From the NCBI GenBank assembly GCA_021772615.1, contig JAJFLQ010000107.1, positions 19,924 to 83,923 on the forward strand: a stretch of 64,000 nt of DNA, written 5' to 3'. This document shows, in pieces, positions 36,878 to 46,493 of this stretch. The DNA comes from Verrucomicrobiota bacterium. Its GTDB lineage: Bacteria > Verrucomicrobiota > Lentisphaeria > JABSQK01 > JAJFLO01. The position numbers and the translations under genes were made by a program. Each line of letters opens with the position of its first letter. The first letter of the stretch is position 1. The notes under the pieces were generated by a model. That model was not told the origin of the DNA. It did no database searches and was given only the letters and a program-made list of their open reading frames with translations.

Positions 36878-38242
36878 ATGTCAAACGCCATCCTCCGTGT
36901 CGCCGTGATAGGAAGCGGACCGGCCGGTCTTTTCGCAGCCGCCGCCCTCACAAAAAACGACAACAACGTCCATGTCGACATATTCGAACGGCTTCCGACA
37001 CCATACGGACTAATTCGGTTCGGCGTTGCACCCGACCATCCTCACACAAAGAACGTGATTCGGCGGCTTTCGCTTCTGGCCGATGATCCTCGCATCTCCC
37101 TTTATGCCAATGTTATGGTCGGGCGCGACCTGGAAGTGGCGGAGCTGGCTGCCCGCTACCATGTCCTGGTTTTTGCCGGCGGCATGAAGGAGGACCGCAA
37201 GCTCAATATTCCGGGGGAATCGACACCAGGGGTTCATCCTGCGATCGACTTCATCGGCTGGGTGAACGGCAACCCCGATTACAGCGACGTCGCATTCGAC
37301 CTTTCCGGACCCAATGCAATCGTTATCGGCAATGGCAACGTTGCACTGGACACGGTACGATTATTGGCAAAATCCGCCGACGAGCTGGCCGAGACGGACA
37401 TTGCCGACCACGCATCGCGTGCATTGGCCGGGAGCGGTTTACAGAAAATCTATCTAATCGGCCGACGTGGTCCTGCACAGGCCGCATTCACTTATCGCGA
37501 GATCAAGGAATTATCGGAGCTGCCGAATTGCGACCTGGTCGTGAATCCTGCCGATATGGCGGTGACATCTGCGACACACGAAGAGCTGCATGGCGAACGC
37601 AGTGTGCAACGGCGACGTATCTTCGAACTGCTGGAAAGTATCTCAAATCGCCCGCGGCGAACCGTGAACAAATCGATCGAACTTCTTTTTTTCCGCAGTC
37701 CTGTAGAGATACATCAAGACGGCGGCATCAACGCTGTCAGACTCGAAATTAACCGCCTGGACGGTTCCGCGGGGCAGCAGCGCGCACACGGCACGGGAGA
37801 ATTCGAAACCATCCCCTGCAATATTGTATTCCGAGCGATAGGTTTTAGGGGCGCGGCCGTCACAGGCGTACCGTACGACGAAAAACGCGGTATCTTCCCC
37901 AATATCGACGGACGCATCACCCGCAACGGAAAATGCCTCCCCGGGTATTACGCTGTCGGCTGGATAAAACGCGGTCCGGTGGGATTGATCGGCACCAACA
38001 AGGCCGACAGTACCGCTGTTGTCAAACGGATTATCGAGGACGCTGACACCCTCAGAAGCCGAAATGTTGACGACGCACCAATGACAGATCTGCTGTCTCG
38101 TCGCGGCATTCCTTTCATCACATTCAATGACTGGAAAAAAATCGACGAGGCAGAAATCGAACGCGGACGGTCCGGGAATAAACCCAGGGAGAAGTTCACC
38201 ACAGCAGCCGATATTCTGGCGTGTCTTGGTCGGACGCAGTAG
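36878..38242 (+). CDS. FprA/adrenodoxin reductase-like NADPH:ferredoxin oxidoreductase
   Basis: FAD motif (VAVIGSGPAGLFAA) and a second dinucleotide motif (VIGNGNVALD). The 454-aa length matches FprA-type enzymes. The gene starts 12 nt after the kinase stop. Confidence 0.8.
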   Translation: MSNAILRVAVIGSGPAGLFAAAALTKNDNNVHVDIFERLPTPYGLIRFGVAPDHPHTKNVIRRLSLLADDPRISLYANVMVGRDLEVAELAARYHVLVFAGGMKEDRKLNIPGESTPGVHPAIDFIGWVNGNPDYSDVAFDLSGPNAIVIGNGNVALDTVRLLAKSADELAETDIADHASRALAGSGLQKIYLIGRRGPAQAAFTYREIKELSELPNCDLVVNPADMAVTSATHEELHGERSVQRRRIFELLESISNRPRRTVNKSIELLFFRSPVEIHQDGGINAVRLEINRLDGSAGQQRAHGTGEFETIPCNIVFRAIGFRGAAVTGVPYDEKRGIFPNIDGRITRNGKCLPGYYAVGWIKRGPVGLIGTNKADSTAVVKRIIEDADTLRSRNVDDAPMTDLLSRRGIPFITFNDWKKIDEAEIERGRSGNKPREKFTTAADILACLGRTQ

Positions 38243-38294
38243 TCATTCGCTGATCGTCGGCCGCGCGGCGCCGCCCAGGTTAACCGTAGCGCAA

Positions 38295-41200
38295 TCAGCG
38301 AGAAGCCCAGAAATCGGATGCGCTTCGTTTGAGATCCCCCAGCGAACCGGAATCCGAAATATATTCCAGTTGCGGCAGCTGTCGCAGCACGTCCATATCA
38401 CGTACGCCAGACGGAACGATTAGCCTGCGCAACCGGCTGCATGTCGACAGTGGTGCGAGAGAGCGCACATTGTTGCAACCTTGGAGAGAAAGTTCCTGTA
38501 TCGGCATTCCAGCCAACGGCCCCAAATCGGCGACCTGGGTATTCGCCATATCCAGATACGTAAGGTGCCTCCCGCGCAATGGTGATATGTCGCGTATGCC
38601 GGTATTGGCGATATTCAGATAACGTAGCGGCATGTAGCCCGATGCCTCGAGGCTCGTGACCATTGTGCCCTCGAGTGCGAGATAGGTAAGAGGCGCAGAC
38701 GCGAGCGGACGCAGGTCGGATACGCGCGTACCGCTGATGTTCAACCTCTTCAGGGGCATTCCCGACAACGGCCGGATATCCGTGACGTACGTACCGTCGA
38801 TGTACAATGCCTCCAGCTTCTTTTCCTTGATCATTGCAAGATCCACGATCGGCAAATGGCCGATCATCAGCTCTGTGACCGGCAAATCTCTGAGTACGCT
38901 AAAGTCGGTTACATTGGTCTTGCTTATATTGAGGTGTCGCAACGGCATAGCCCTGAGGTCGTCGATGCTGTCGATCCGGGTCCCCGACAGGTTCAGGTGT
39001 TGAATCGGCTGCCCCACCAGGTGGCGTAAATCTTTCACCGGTGTGTTGCCGATCGAAAGATGCTGCAGCATCATCTTTCGCAACGGCCGAAGGCTGCGGA
39101 TGCCAGTGCCGTCGGCATGGAGATACACGAGCGATTGATCTCGCAATGGCCCAAGGTCATCAATCTCGGTATCCTCAAGTGACAGATGGGAAATCGGCAC
39201 GTCCGTAAGACGCCGCAAGTCCGGGAACGCAGGACCGTGGAGATAAAGTCGTGCGCCGGTCAGCTCAACGAAATGGGTAAAGTCGCCGCTGAGCCCTTTG
39301 GCGTCGTGAGCGTGATAGTGGATCTCGGCACGCGTAAGCTGCGTCAATGTAAGGTAGTCCGTAGGCCACCAGTCGTGCAGATGCAAGACACTGAGAGACA
39401 GACCGGACAAGTGGTATATATCGACCAATGGCGTCGGGCCGACGTGTACCGATGTGACGTCTCCGCCCCGAATAGCCGAAAGCAACGTCACGTCGGTAAA
39501 GCTCAGGTCCAGCTCCGACAACGACAGGCCTGTAACGGCGTCGATTGTGCGCAAACCCGGGTTGTGAGATAAATCGACTCTAGCCTTGTCGCCATCTACG
39601 CTGAATTGCAGTCGGATCTGCGGCGAACCCGGATTGTCCCGCTGCAACTGCTCCCGACACGCACTGATCTTCTGGATAACGTCCAGCTCTGCTTCCAGTG
39701 AGAGGCGGTACATCCTCCGGCTGAGTACAAGGTCGCCGCGTTCGCGCATAATACGACTAAGTTCACGAAGATCGGCGATTCCAGGGACTTCGGCTTTGTT
39801 GTCGAATTGTTGCGCGAGACGCGCCAGATCCAATGGATCCGCCCTCTCTGCACGTGACAGCGATGTTATAACATCCGAAAAAGACAGCGCACCAAAATCC
39901 AGACGCCCCTTAAGATACCAGCCGCCGGGTACGCCGGGGTCGAGTTCCAATGCGACCGCAACCGTTGCCAGCGCGGCGGACCAATTCTGCTCTTCTGCCA
40001 GCAACTCGCCCTTTTTGATGAATTCCGGCGCAGATAATCTACTGAGTTGGTCATGCTTCTGCTCTTCCTTACGGCGAAGAATTTTCTCTTCGACCTTAAG
40101 TAATTGCGCCTCCTCTTTGGCAATGCGCTCGACGCGCGTGCGCCGCTTCTCTGCGACAAGTTCATCCACCGTAGCCTGAAGCGCTGCACGCTGGTCCTGC
40201 AGGATGAACTTCTGTTCTTCGAGTTGAAGATTCTGCCGGTCCACCTCATCCTTTGCCTGCTGGACTTGTGTGTGCCGCTGTAGCAGTTCGACGTTCTTGT
40301 TACGCAACTGCACGATGGAAACGGTGATCACAAGAATCAACCCCGTGCAACTCACCAGGGAGATCCCGGCCACGGCGAGGTTGCGTTTGACAAGCAGCAC
40401 GACCTGCTTCAGAAAACCGGCGTCCTCCGCCGTCGTCGCGAATCCACCCTGATACGCCTCCAGATCCTGCTGCAACGACAGTACATCGGGATAACGGTCG
40501 GACGGACGCAGCGATAATGCCTTCATCGCCACGGCAGAAAGGGATTCCGGAATTTTCCCGGCAGGGCAATGCGGAAATCGCATCGTGCGGCCAGCGTTTC
40601 GGGAGGCTGCGCCAGTTGGCGTTGATCCTCCCGCACGGCCTTCAACATCGCCATTGACCGAAGCGGAGGAGCCGGTCCCTGCAGCGGAGGCAGTGGTACC
40701 TGCCTCCGGAGACTCGTTAAACGTCGCCGGAGCGTCAATCCGTCCACGAACAATATTTACCATCATCTCGGTGAAGGACTTGCCGACTATCGGCGGTCGA
40801 AGACACAGAATATGGTACAGGATGCCACCGAGCGCGTAGATATCGGCAGTCGTGCCAGTTACGTCCACCCGACCGGTAGCCTGCTCTGGCGACATGTAGT
40901 TGGGTGTACCCAGAATCTGGCCGTCGATTGTGTGAAGTGAGTCACTCTCATCTCGATGCACCATAGATTCCAGACCGTCAAACGTGGAGACCTCACTGAA
41001 CGTGCTCAAATCATGGGATGCCGATTCGAGTCCTAATTCCCCCGACTTACTGCGCAATCCGGACAATTCCGTTCGGATCGTCGCCAGGCCGCTTTGCGAT
41101 TGATTCAGGAGCTTGGCCAGCCCCCAATCCATAACCATAACCTCGCCATAGTTTCCGACCATGATATTCTCGGGCTTGAGATCGCGGTGAATCACGCCGC

Positions 41201-41774
41201 GCGAATGAGCGAAAGCAACTGCGTCGCAGACTTTCTGGAATATCGTCAACAGCCGCGACAGCGGGTAGTGTGCCACCAGAACGGGATCCTTCTTCCTGAT
41301 CCCGACAAGTATGTGTTTGAGCGTCACACCGTCGACATACTTCATCGCATAATAGATGTTTCCATGCTCATTTATCCCCAGATCATAAACCGGCACTATG
41401 CCGGGATGCTGGAGTTGACCCGTTATCTGTCCCTCCTCGATAAATCGTATGAGATTGTCCTGCGAATTACGCTTACCTTCGAGCAGGACCTTCATCGCTA
41501 CGGTCCGTTTAATGTTCAGATCCGTGGCGCTGAGAATCTCGCCCATACCTCCCCTGGCGACCCGCTCACCGAGTTCGTATTTCTGAAACTCCATGTCCGA
41601 GAGCGATTGGCCGTCTTCATTACGGTGCGGTGATTGGGATGCGGCGCCGGCCGCGGCGGATGGCTTCAACTTTCCGCTGAGGAACTGGGTGATCGTCGAT
41701 TGAAAATCGTCATAATCGGGATCCGGCTGAAGACCATCGGCCTCGCGATCTGGATAATCGATATCCTCCATCAC
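38295..41774 (-). CDS. Ser/Thr protein kinase with TM, coiled-coil and C-terminal leucine-rich repeat array
   Basis: Kinase motifs: GGMGEIL, VAMKVL, HRDLKPEN, DWG, GTPNYMSPEQ. One TM helix, a coiled coil, and about 400 aa of LRRs. The start (GTG at 41774 or ATG at 41771) overlaps the KamA stop codon. Confidence 0.9.
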   Translation of the reverse strand: MMEDIDYPDREADGLQPDPDYDDFQSTITQFLSGKLKPSAAAGAASQSPHRNEDGQSLSDMEFQKYELGERVARGGMGEILSATDLNIKRTVAMKVLLEGKRNSQDNLIRFIEEGQITGQLQHPGIVPVYDLGINEHGNIYYAMKYVDGVTLKHILVGIRKKDPVLVAHYPLSRLLTIFQKVCDAVAFAHSRGVIHRDLKPENIMVGNYGEVMVMDWGLAKLLNQSQSGLATIRTELSGLRSKSGELGLESASHDLSTFSEVSTFDGLESMVHRDESDSLHTIDGQILGTPNYMSPEQATGRVDVTGTTADIYALGGILYHILCLRPPIVGKSFTEMMVNIVRGRIDAPATFNESPEAGTTASAAGTGSSASVNGDVEGRAGGSTPTGAASRNAGRTMRFPHCPAGKIPESLSAVAMKALSLRPSDRYPDVLSLQQDLEAYQGGFATTAEDAGFLKQVVLLVKRNLAVAGISLVSCTGLILVITVSIVQLRNKNVELLQRHTQVQQAKDEVDRQNLQLEEQKFILQDQRAALQATVDELVAEKRRTRVERIAKEEAQLLKVEEKILRRKEEQKHDQLSRLSAPEFIKKGELLAEEQNWSAALATVAVALELDPGVPGGWYLKGRLDFGALSFSDVITSLSRAERADPLDLARLAQQFDNKAEVPGIADLRELSRIMRERGDLVLSRRMYRLSLEAELDVIQKISACREQLQRDNPGSPQIRLQFSVDGDKARVDLSHNPGLRTIDAVTGLSLSELDLSFTDVTLLSAIRGGDVTSVHVGPTPLVDIYHLSGLSLSVLHLHDWWPTDYLTLTQLTRAEIHYHAHDAKGLSGDFTHFVELTGARLYLHGPAFPDLRRLTDVPISHLSLEDTEIDDLGPLRDQSLVYLHADGTGIRSLRPLRKMMLQHLSIGNTPVKDLRHLVGQPIQHLNLSGTRIDSIDDLRAMPLRHLNISKTNVTDFSVLRDLPVTELMIGHLPIVDLAMIKEKKLEALYIDGTYVTDIRPLSGMPLKRLNISGTRVSDLRPLASAPLTYLALEGTMVTSLEASGYMPLRYLNIANTGIRDISPLRGRHLTYLDMANTQVADLGPLAGMPIQELSLQGCNNVRSLAPLSTCSRLRRLIVPSGVRDMDVLRQLPQLEYISDSGSLGDLKRSASDFWASR
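38358..39581 (-). repeat. protein-level leucine-rich repeat array (about 22-24 aa period)
   Basis: Recurrent LxxLxLxxTxVxDLxPLxxxP units (for example LRHLNISKTNVTDFSVLRDLP, LKRLNISGTRVSDLRPLASAP). Boundaries are approximate. Confidence 0.7.
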
Positions 41775-43030
41775 ATCAATCCAGGGTCGGCGCCGCCGGG
41801 GTCCGGATAGCGGTAGCCGTCGACGCCCTCATAGTTTCGAAACACCAGATCGTCGCCGGATCGCCCCGTGCAATAATCGGGAACCAGGGAAACCTTGCCG
41901 CCGCCTTCCGGCAAGTCGACAATAAATTGCGGCACTGCATAGCCACTGGTATGGCCGCGCAGCCCGCGAATGATCTCGATCCCCTTCGCGACAGGGGTGC
42001 GAAAGTGTTGCGAGCCGGTGATGGGGTCGCATTGCAACAGATAGTACGGGCGCACACGGATCGTCAACAATGCGTGCATCAATGCGCGGATAATCTCGAT
42101 GTCGTCATTAACGCCGCGCAGCAATACAGTCTGGCTCCAGAGCGGTATTCCGGCATCCGCGAGACGCCGGCATGCGGACGATGCCTCCGCCGTGATCTCA
42201 GCCGGGTGATTGACGTGCAAACTGATGTGCAACGGATGGTGGCGTCGGAGCATCGCGGCAAGCCCAGGCGTAATCCGCTGCGGCAATGCCACCGGAATCT
42301 TGGTACCGATGCGGATTATCTCCACGTGTGGAATCGGCCGCAACCTTGACAGCAACCAGTCCAACATGTCGTCCGTGTAAACCAGAGGATCGCCGCCGGA
42401 GATCAGGACATCGCGTATGACCGGTGTCCGCTCGATATAGGCAATGGCCTGGAGCCATTGTGCGCGGTTCATGCCGAAACCGGCATTGCCGCCGACGAGG
42501 CGGGACCGGGTGCAATAACGGCAGTAGACCGGACAATAATCCGTCACCAGAAACAGGACCCGGTCCGGATAGCGGTGAACAATGCCGGGCACCGGTGAAT
42601 GGGTATCTTCGGCGAGCGGATCGTCCCGTTCGCCGGCGCCGCGGCGGAACTCGGCAGCCTGCGGCAGCACCGTTTTTCGCAGGGCGGTCGTGGCGTCCGT
42701 GGTGTCGATCAGACTGGCGTAGTATGGTGTGAGTCCTACGGCAAACGCACGTTGAGGATCCGCCAACGCCGCACGCTCGGCGGTCGACAGCACCAAGACA
42801 CGGGAGAGGTCGCGCATGGATGTCAGGCGGTGCCGTAACTGCCATCTGTAATCATTCCAATCAGCCGCCGTCGCGGCGGGAAAATAACGCCTGCGAAACG
42901 CATCGGTGACCGGATTTATTTCAGCTCGTGCCCGCGCTCGAAAATCTCGCTCGGACGGCGTACATTCCGTGCCAACACGCGATCGGAGTTTAGGCCGTCC
43001 GAAACTTGATCCCCGGTGGTACATCAGCAA
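41771..43030 (-). CDS. KamA-family radical SAM enzyme (lysine 2,3-aminomutase-like)
   Basis: CPVYCRYCTRS cluster motif, with WNDYRWQLRHR and SPVPGIVHRYPDRVLFLVT collinear with Bacillus KamA. The N-terminus is about 30 aa longer than KamA, so the start is uncertain. Confidence 0.88.
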   Translation of the reverse strand: MLMYHRGSSFGRPKLRSRVGTECTPSERDFRARARAEINPVTDAFRRRYFPAATAADWNDYRWQLRHRLTSMRDLSRVLVLSTAERAALADPQRAFAVGLTPYYASLIDTTDATTALRKTVLPQAAEFRRGAGERDDPLAEDTHSPVPGIVHRYPDRVLFLVTDYCPVYCRYCTRSRLVGGNAGFGMNRAQWLQAIAYIERTPVIRDVLISGGDPLVYTDDMLDWLLSRLRPIPHVEIIRIGTKIPVALPQRITPGLAAMLRRHHPLHISLHVNHPAEITAEASSACRRLADAGIPLWSQTVLLRGVNDDIEIIRALMHALLTIRVRPYYLLQCDPITGSQHFRTPVAKGIEIIRGLRGHTSGYAVPQFIVDLPEGGGKVSLVPDYCTGRSGDDLVFRNYEGVDGYRYPDPGGADPGLM

Positions 43031-43057
43031 CCTCCAAAGCTAAGTGCAACAGCAATC

Positions 43058-43516
43058 ATGAATTTGAATATCGTATTAGTAGCGCCTGAAATCCCGCAGA
43101 ACACCGGGGCCATCGGTCGCCTGTGCGTATGTCTCGGGGCGCGCCTGCATCTGATCGAACCGCTGGGCTTCGAACTCGATGAATCCCGCGTGCGGCGGGC
43201 AGGTCTCGACTACTGGCAACACGTCGATGTCGCCACATATCCGTCATGGCGGCAATTCCGCGAATCGGTACGACCGCTACGATGTTTTTTCGCCAGTACA
43301 AAGGGTATAACGCCATACTACAATTGCCAGTTTCGATCGGGCGACTACCTCGTGTTCGGGAATGAGTCCTCAGGATTTCCTAAAGATTTCTATGATGACT
43401 ATCGCGAGGACCTGTGCCAGATACCGATGCCGGGTGACCACGCCCGTAGCCTCAATCTGGCCAATGCTGCAGCGATAATCGCCTACGAGGCGTTGCGGCA
43501 GGCGGTCAATCAATGA
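43058..43516 (+). CDS. trmL: SpoU/TrmL-type tRNA (cytidine/uridine-2'-O)-methyltransferase
   Basis: The sequence IVLVAPEIPQNTGAIGRLC and LVFGNESSG...SLNLANAAAI fits the TrmL pattern, at about 152 aa. ATG at 43058 is preferred over the track start. Confidence 0.88.
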   Translation: MNLNIVLVAPEIPQNTGAIGRLCVCLGARLHLIEPLGFELDESRVRRAGLDYWQHVDVATYPSWRQFRESVRPLRCFFASTKGITPYYNCQFRSGDYLVFGNESSGFPKDFYDDYREDLCQIPMPGDHARSLNLANAAAIIAYEALRQAVNQ

Positions 43517-43583
43517 TGTCAGATACATGCGGGGCGCGTTACACAGCGGGATTTAAATTGCTATTGAAACCAGACGAGGAATC

Positions 43584-43600
43584 ATATACAATATGTATAT
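43584..43600. promoter_or_regulatory. AT-rich 7-3-7 inverted repeat (ATATACA-ATA-TGTATAT) upstream of the pseudopilin gene
   Basis: Read directly. It lies about 110 nt upstream of the start at 43709. It could be an operator or simply a -10-like element. Confidence 0.25.
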
Positions 43601-43708
43601 ATCGACGCCGCGCATGCACCCGGTAAAAGGATCACAACTCGAGTATTTCCGGGATAGCAACCCATTGGGGCGCGATGTCGTGGTCGGTGAATCATTACGG
43701 GAGAGAAG

Positions 43709-44320
43709 ATGGCGTCACGCACGTCAAGGCGAAAATTTACGCTGATAGAATTGCTTGTGGTCATAGCGATTATCGGCATACTGGCAGCAATGTTGTTGCC
43801 GGCACTGAGTCGCGCTCGCGAGAAAGCCAAACGCATAAACTGCATTGGCAACCTCAAACAGATCGGGCTTGCACTGGGCTCTTACACGATTGACCAGTTC
43901 AACTGGTTTCCGGCAGCAGACACCACCAATTATCCCGCTGATTCAACAATTCTGAGCTTGCTTGTTCAGGAAAACTACCTGTCTACATCGGAGATATACC
44001 ACTGCCCCAGCAACGACACGCAGGTGGAAATCGTCAATCATCCCACTCCGACCGACAAGAAGTATATCCAGAATATGTCGTATACGTATATCGGCGACCA
44101 TACGTCGTTCCAAAACGTCGATGACCCGTCCGATCCTGACGGTCTTACGGAAACCGACACCGGCGCAGAGACCTCGATGATCGGCGATCGGCAGGAGAAT
44201 CACGACAGCATCGGACACATTCTCTTCAGCGGCGGTTACGTGTTTGCGATTCCTGGCGAGAGCTGGTTTACCGACGACCAGGTGAATATAGAGCTGCGCG
44301 AACTCATCGAAAGTCCCTGA
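43709..44320 (+). CDS. prepilin-type N-terminal cleavage/methylation domain protein (pseudopilin-like)
   Basis: Class III signal ([25 protein letters not shown]) and a C-terminal H-X9-DG-like tail (HILFSGGYV region). Confidence 0.85.
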   Translation: MASRTSRRKFTLIELLVVIAIIGILAAMLLPALSRAREKAKRINCIGNLKQIGLALGSYTIDQFNWFPAADTTNYPADSTILSLLVQENYLSTSEIYHCPSNDTQVEIVNHPTPTDKKYIQNMSYTYIGDHTSFQNVDDPSDPDGLTETDTGAETSMIGDRQENHDSIGHILFSGGYVFAIPGESWFTDDQVNIELRELIESP

Positions 44321-44550
44321 CGCGAGTGCTCTCGCATGGTAGCGCCCCGCCTTCCCACGTACACCGGCAACAACACATGAATCATTCAGGGTAGCGGCCT
44401 GTTGTCCCCGGCCCTCTTCTGGAAACACCCCACGCAGACCCGCAACGGCATTGGAACCTACCCGCCTTGCTCTTGTCCTATCCTGTTCACATCCAGGATG
44501 TGAGCCACCACAGAGAAACCAGGGATCCAGAATACGGAAGGACTGTTGCC

Positions 44551-45573
44551 ATGAATCACGAAGACATCCAGGAATTACAGAATCAGATAAAGGCGGCTTC
44601 GTCGTTTGTTCAAACACTGAAAATAGAAGTTGGCCGATTCATCGTTGGTCAGGACCAGCTTATCAATCGCCTGCTCATCGGTCTTGTGGCCAACGGCCAC
44701 GTACTGGTAGAAGGTGTGCCCGGTTTGGCGAAAACAATGGCGATAAATATACTGTCACAGGCGACCGGCTGTGAGTTTTCCCGCATTCAGTTCACGCCGG
44801 ATCTACTGCCGGCCGATGTCGTTGGAACCACAATATACAACCCGCGCGAGCACACATTCTCGATTAAGAAAGGACCAGTCTTTGCCAATCTCATATTGGC
44901 AGACGAAATCAACCGCGCACCGGCAAAGGTGCAAAGCGCCCTGCTTGAGGCCATGCAGGAACGCCAGGTTACAATCGGCGGAGATACCATTCCCCTGCCG
45001 ACGCCGTTTCTGGTGATGGCCACGCAGAATCCGATGGAGCAGGAAGGAACCTACCCATTGCCGGAGGCGCAGGTCGATCGATTCATGCTCAAACTCGAAC
45101 TCGACTACCCGTCGCGCGAGGAGGAACGCGTCATCCTCGAGCGCATGGCACACCCGGATTATAGCGCGGTTGCCACGGGAGTCGTGACGACGGAAGAGAT
45201 ACTGGCATCTCGAAAATGGGTCGACAAGGTGTACCTCGACGAGAAAATCATGGAATATATACTCGACATCGTGTTTGCAACACGGAGCGAAAAACGCGAC
45301 CAACTCTCGGCGCGCCAGCATGACGCGAGACTGGATGAATTCGCGGACCTCATACAATACGGCGCATCCCCGCGCGCAACAATCAGCCTCGCCATTGCCG
45401 CCAAGGCCGTAGCGTTTCTCGAGGGGCGTGCGTATGTTGTGCCGCAGGATGTCAAAGAGATTTGCCCGGATGTACTGCGACATCGAATCGTGCCGACATA
45501 CGAGGCGGAAGCCGAGAATCTCACAACATCGGATCTCATCCGTAAGTTGCTCGACGAGCTAAGGACCCCTTGA
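44551..45573 (+). CDS. MoxR-family AAA+ ATPase
   Basis: Walker A GVPGLAKT, Walker B ILADEINRA, and FLVMATQNP. ATG at 44551 is preceded by GGAAGGA. Confidence 0.95.
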   Translation: MNHEDIQELQNQIKAASSFVQTLKIEVGRFIVGQDQLINRLLIGLVANGHVLVEGVPGLAKTMAINILSQATGCEFSRIQFTPDLLPADVVGTTIYNPREHTFSIKKGPVFANLILADEINRAPAKVQSALLEAMQERQVTIGGDTIPLPTPFLVMATQNPMEQEGTYPLPEAQVDRFMLKLELDYPSREEERVILERMAHPDYSAVATGVVTTEEILASRKWVDKVYLDEKIMEYILDIVFATRSEKRDQLSARQHDARLDEFADLIQYGASPRATISLAIAAKAVAFLEGRAYVVPQDVKEICPDVLRHRIVPTYEAEAENLTTSDLIRKLLDELRTP

Positions 45574-45606
45574 CAAGGGCCGCAATCATACAGCGCCGAT
45601 AACGTC

Positions 45607-46488
45607 ATGCTTACCAAAGAATTACTTTCAAAAGTCAGAAAGATTGAGATTCGCACGCGACGCATTGTCGACGAACTCACGGGCGGCGCGTATCACAGTG
45701 TGTTCAAGGGCAAGGGCATGGAATTCGATGAAGTCAGGGAGTACATCCCCGGTGACGATGTGCGATCTATCGACTGGAATGTCACGGCCCGAACCGGCCA
45801 GCCGCACGTAAAGAAGTTCGTCGAAGAGCGCGAGTTAATCGTGTTCCTGGTTGTGGACATTTCCGGTTCCGGTGACTTCGGAAGCGCGCAGCAGCAGAAA
45901 AACGAACTCGCGGCGGAACTCGCGGCGGTGGTCGCATTCAATGCCATACGGAACAATGACCAAGTAGGCCTGCTGCTGTTTTCCAGTCGGGATGAATTGC
46001 ACTTACCGCCACGCAAAGGGCGCGGCCATGTGTTGCGGTTGGTTCGCGAACTGTTGGCGCACGAACGCCAGGACAAGGGCACGGACATCGGCATGGCACT
46101 CGAAACCTTCATGAAGGTGTCGAACCGAAAAACCGTGATGTTCCTGATCAGCGATTTCATCGATCAGGGTTTTCAACGGGCACTGACGATTGCAAACAAG
46201 AAGCATGACCTTATCGCCATTCGAATCACCGATCCCCGTGAACGCGCAATCCCCGCAATTGGTTATCTCAGCGTGGAAGATGCTGAATCCGGAGAATCAC
46301 TTACCTTTCCGACGCATGTTGCCCGCAGTCGCCGGCTGTTTGCCGCCGGCAGCCAGGAAGCCCATGATGCGTTCCTCGACGATTGCAGACGTGCGGGTGT
46401 GGATCTTATCGACATTCGAAACGGAGAGGATTACATCAAACCGTTCATGCAATTTTTCCGTACTCGGGAAAAACGGAAACGACGGTAA
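45607..46488 (+). CDS. DUF58 family protein (vWA-like, MoxR partner)
   Basis: Pattern EVREYIPGDDVRSIDWNVTART. Standard position after moxR. Confidence 0.9.
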   Translation: MLTKELLSKVRKIEIRTRRIVDELTGGAYHSVFKGKGMEFDEVREYIPGDDVRSIDWNVTARTGQPHVKKFVEERELIVFLVVDISGSGDFGSAQQQKNELAAELAAVVAFNAIRNNDQVGLLLFSSRDELHLPPRKGRGHVLRLVRELLAHERQDKGTDIGMALETFMKVSNRKTVMFLISDFIDQGFQRALTIANKKHDLIAIRITDPRERAIPAIGYLSVEDAESGESLTFPTHVARSRRLFAAGSQEAHDAFLDDCRRAGVDLIDIRNGEDYIKPFMQFFRTREKRKRR

Positions 46489-46493
46489 GGCCC

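Noticed and set aside
43943-44617. A 224-aa minus-strand ORF overlapping the pseudopilin gene and the moxR upstream region.
   Set aside because: It overlaps a gene with a definitive prepilin signal on the other strand and crosses an intergenic region. No motifs.
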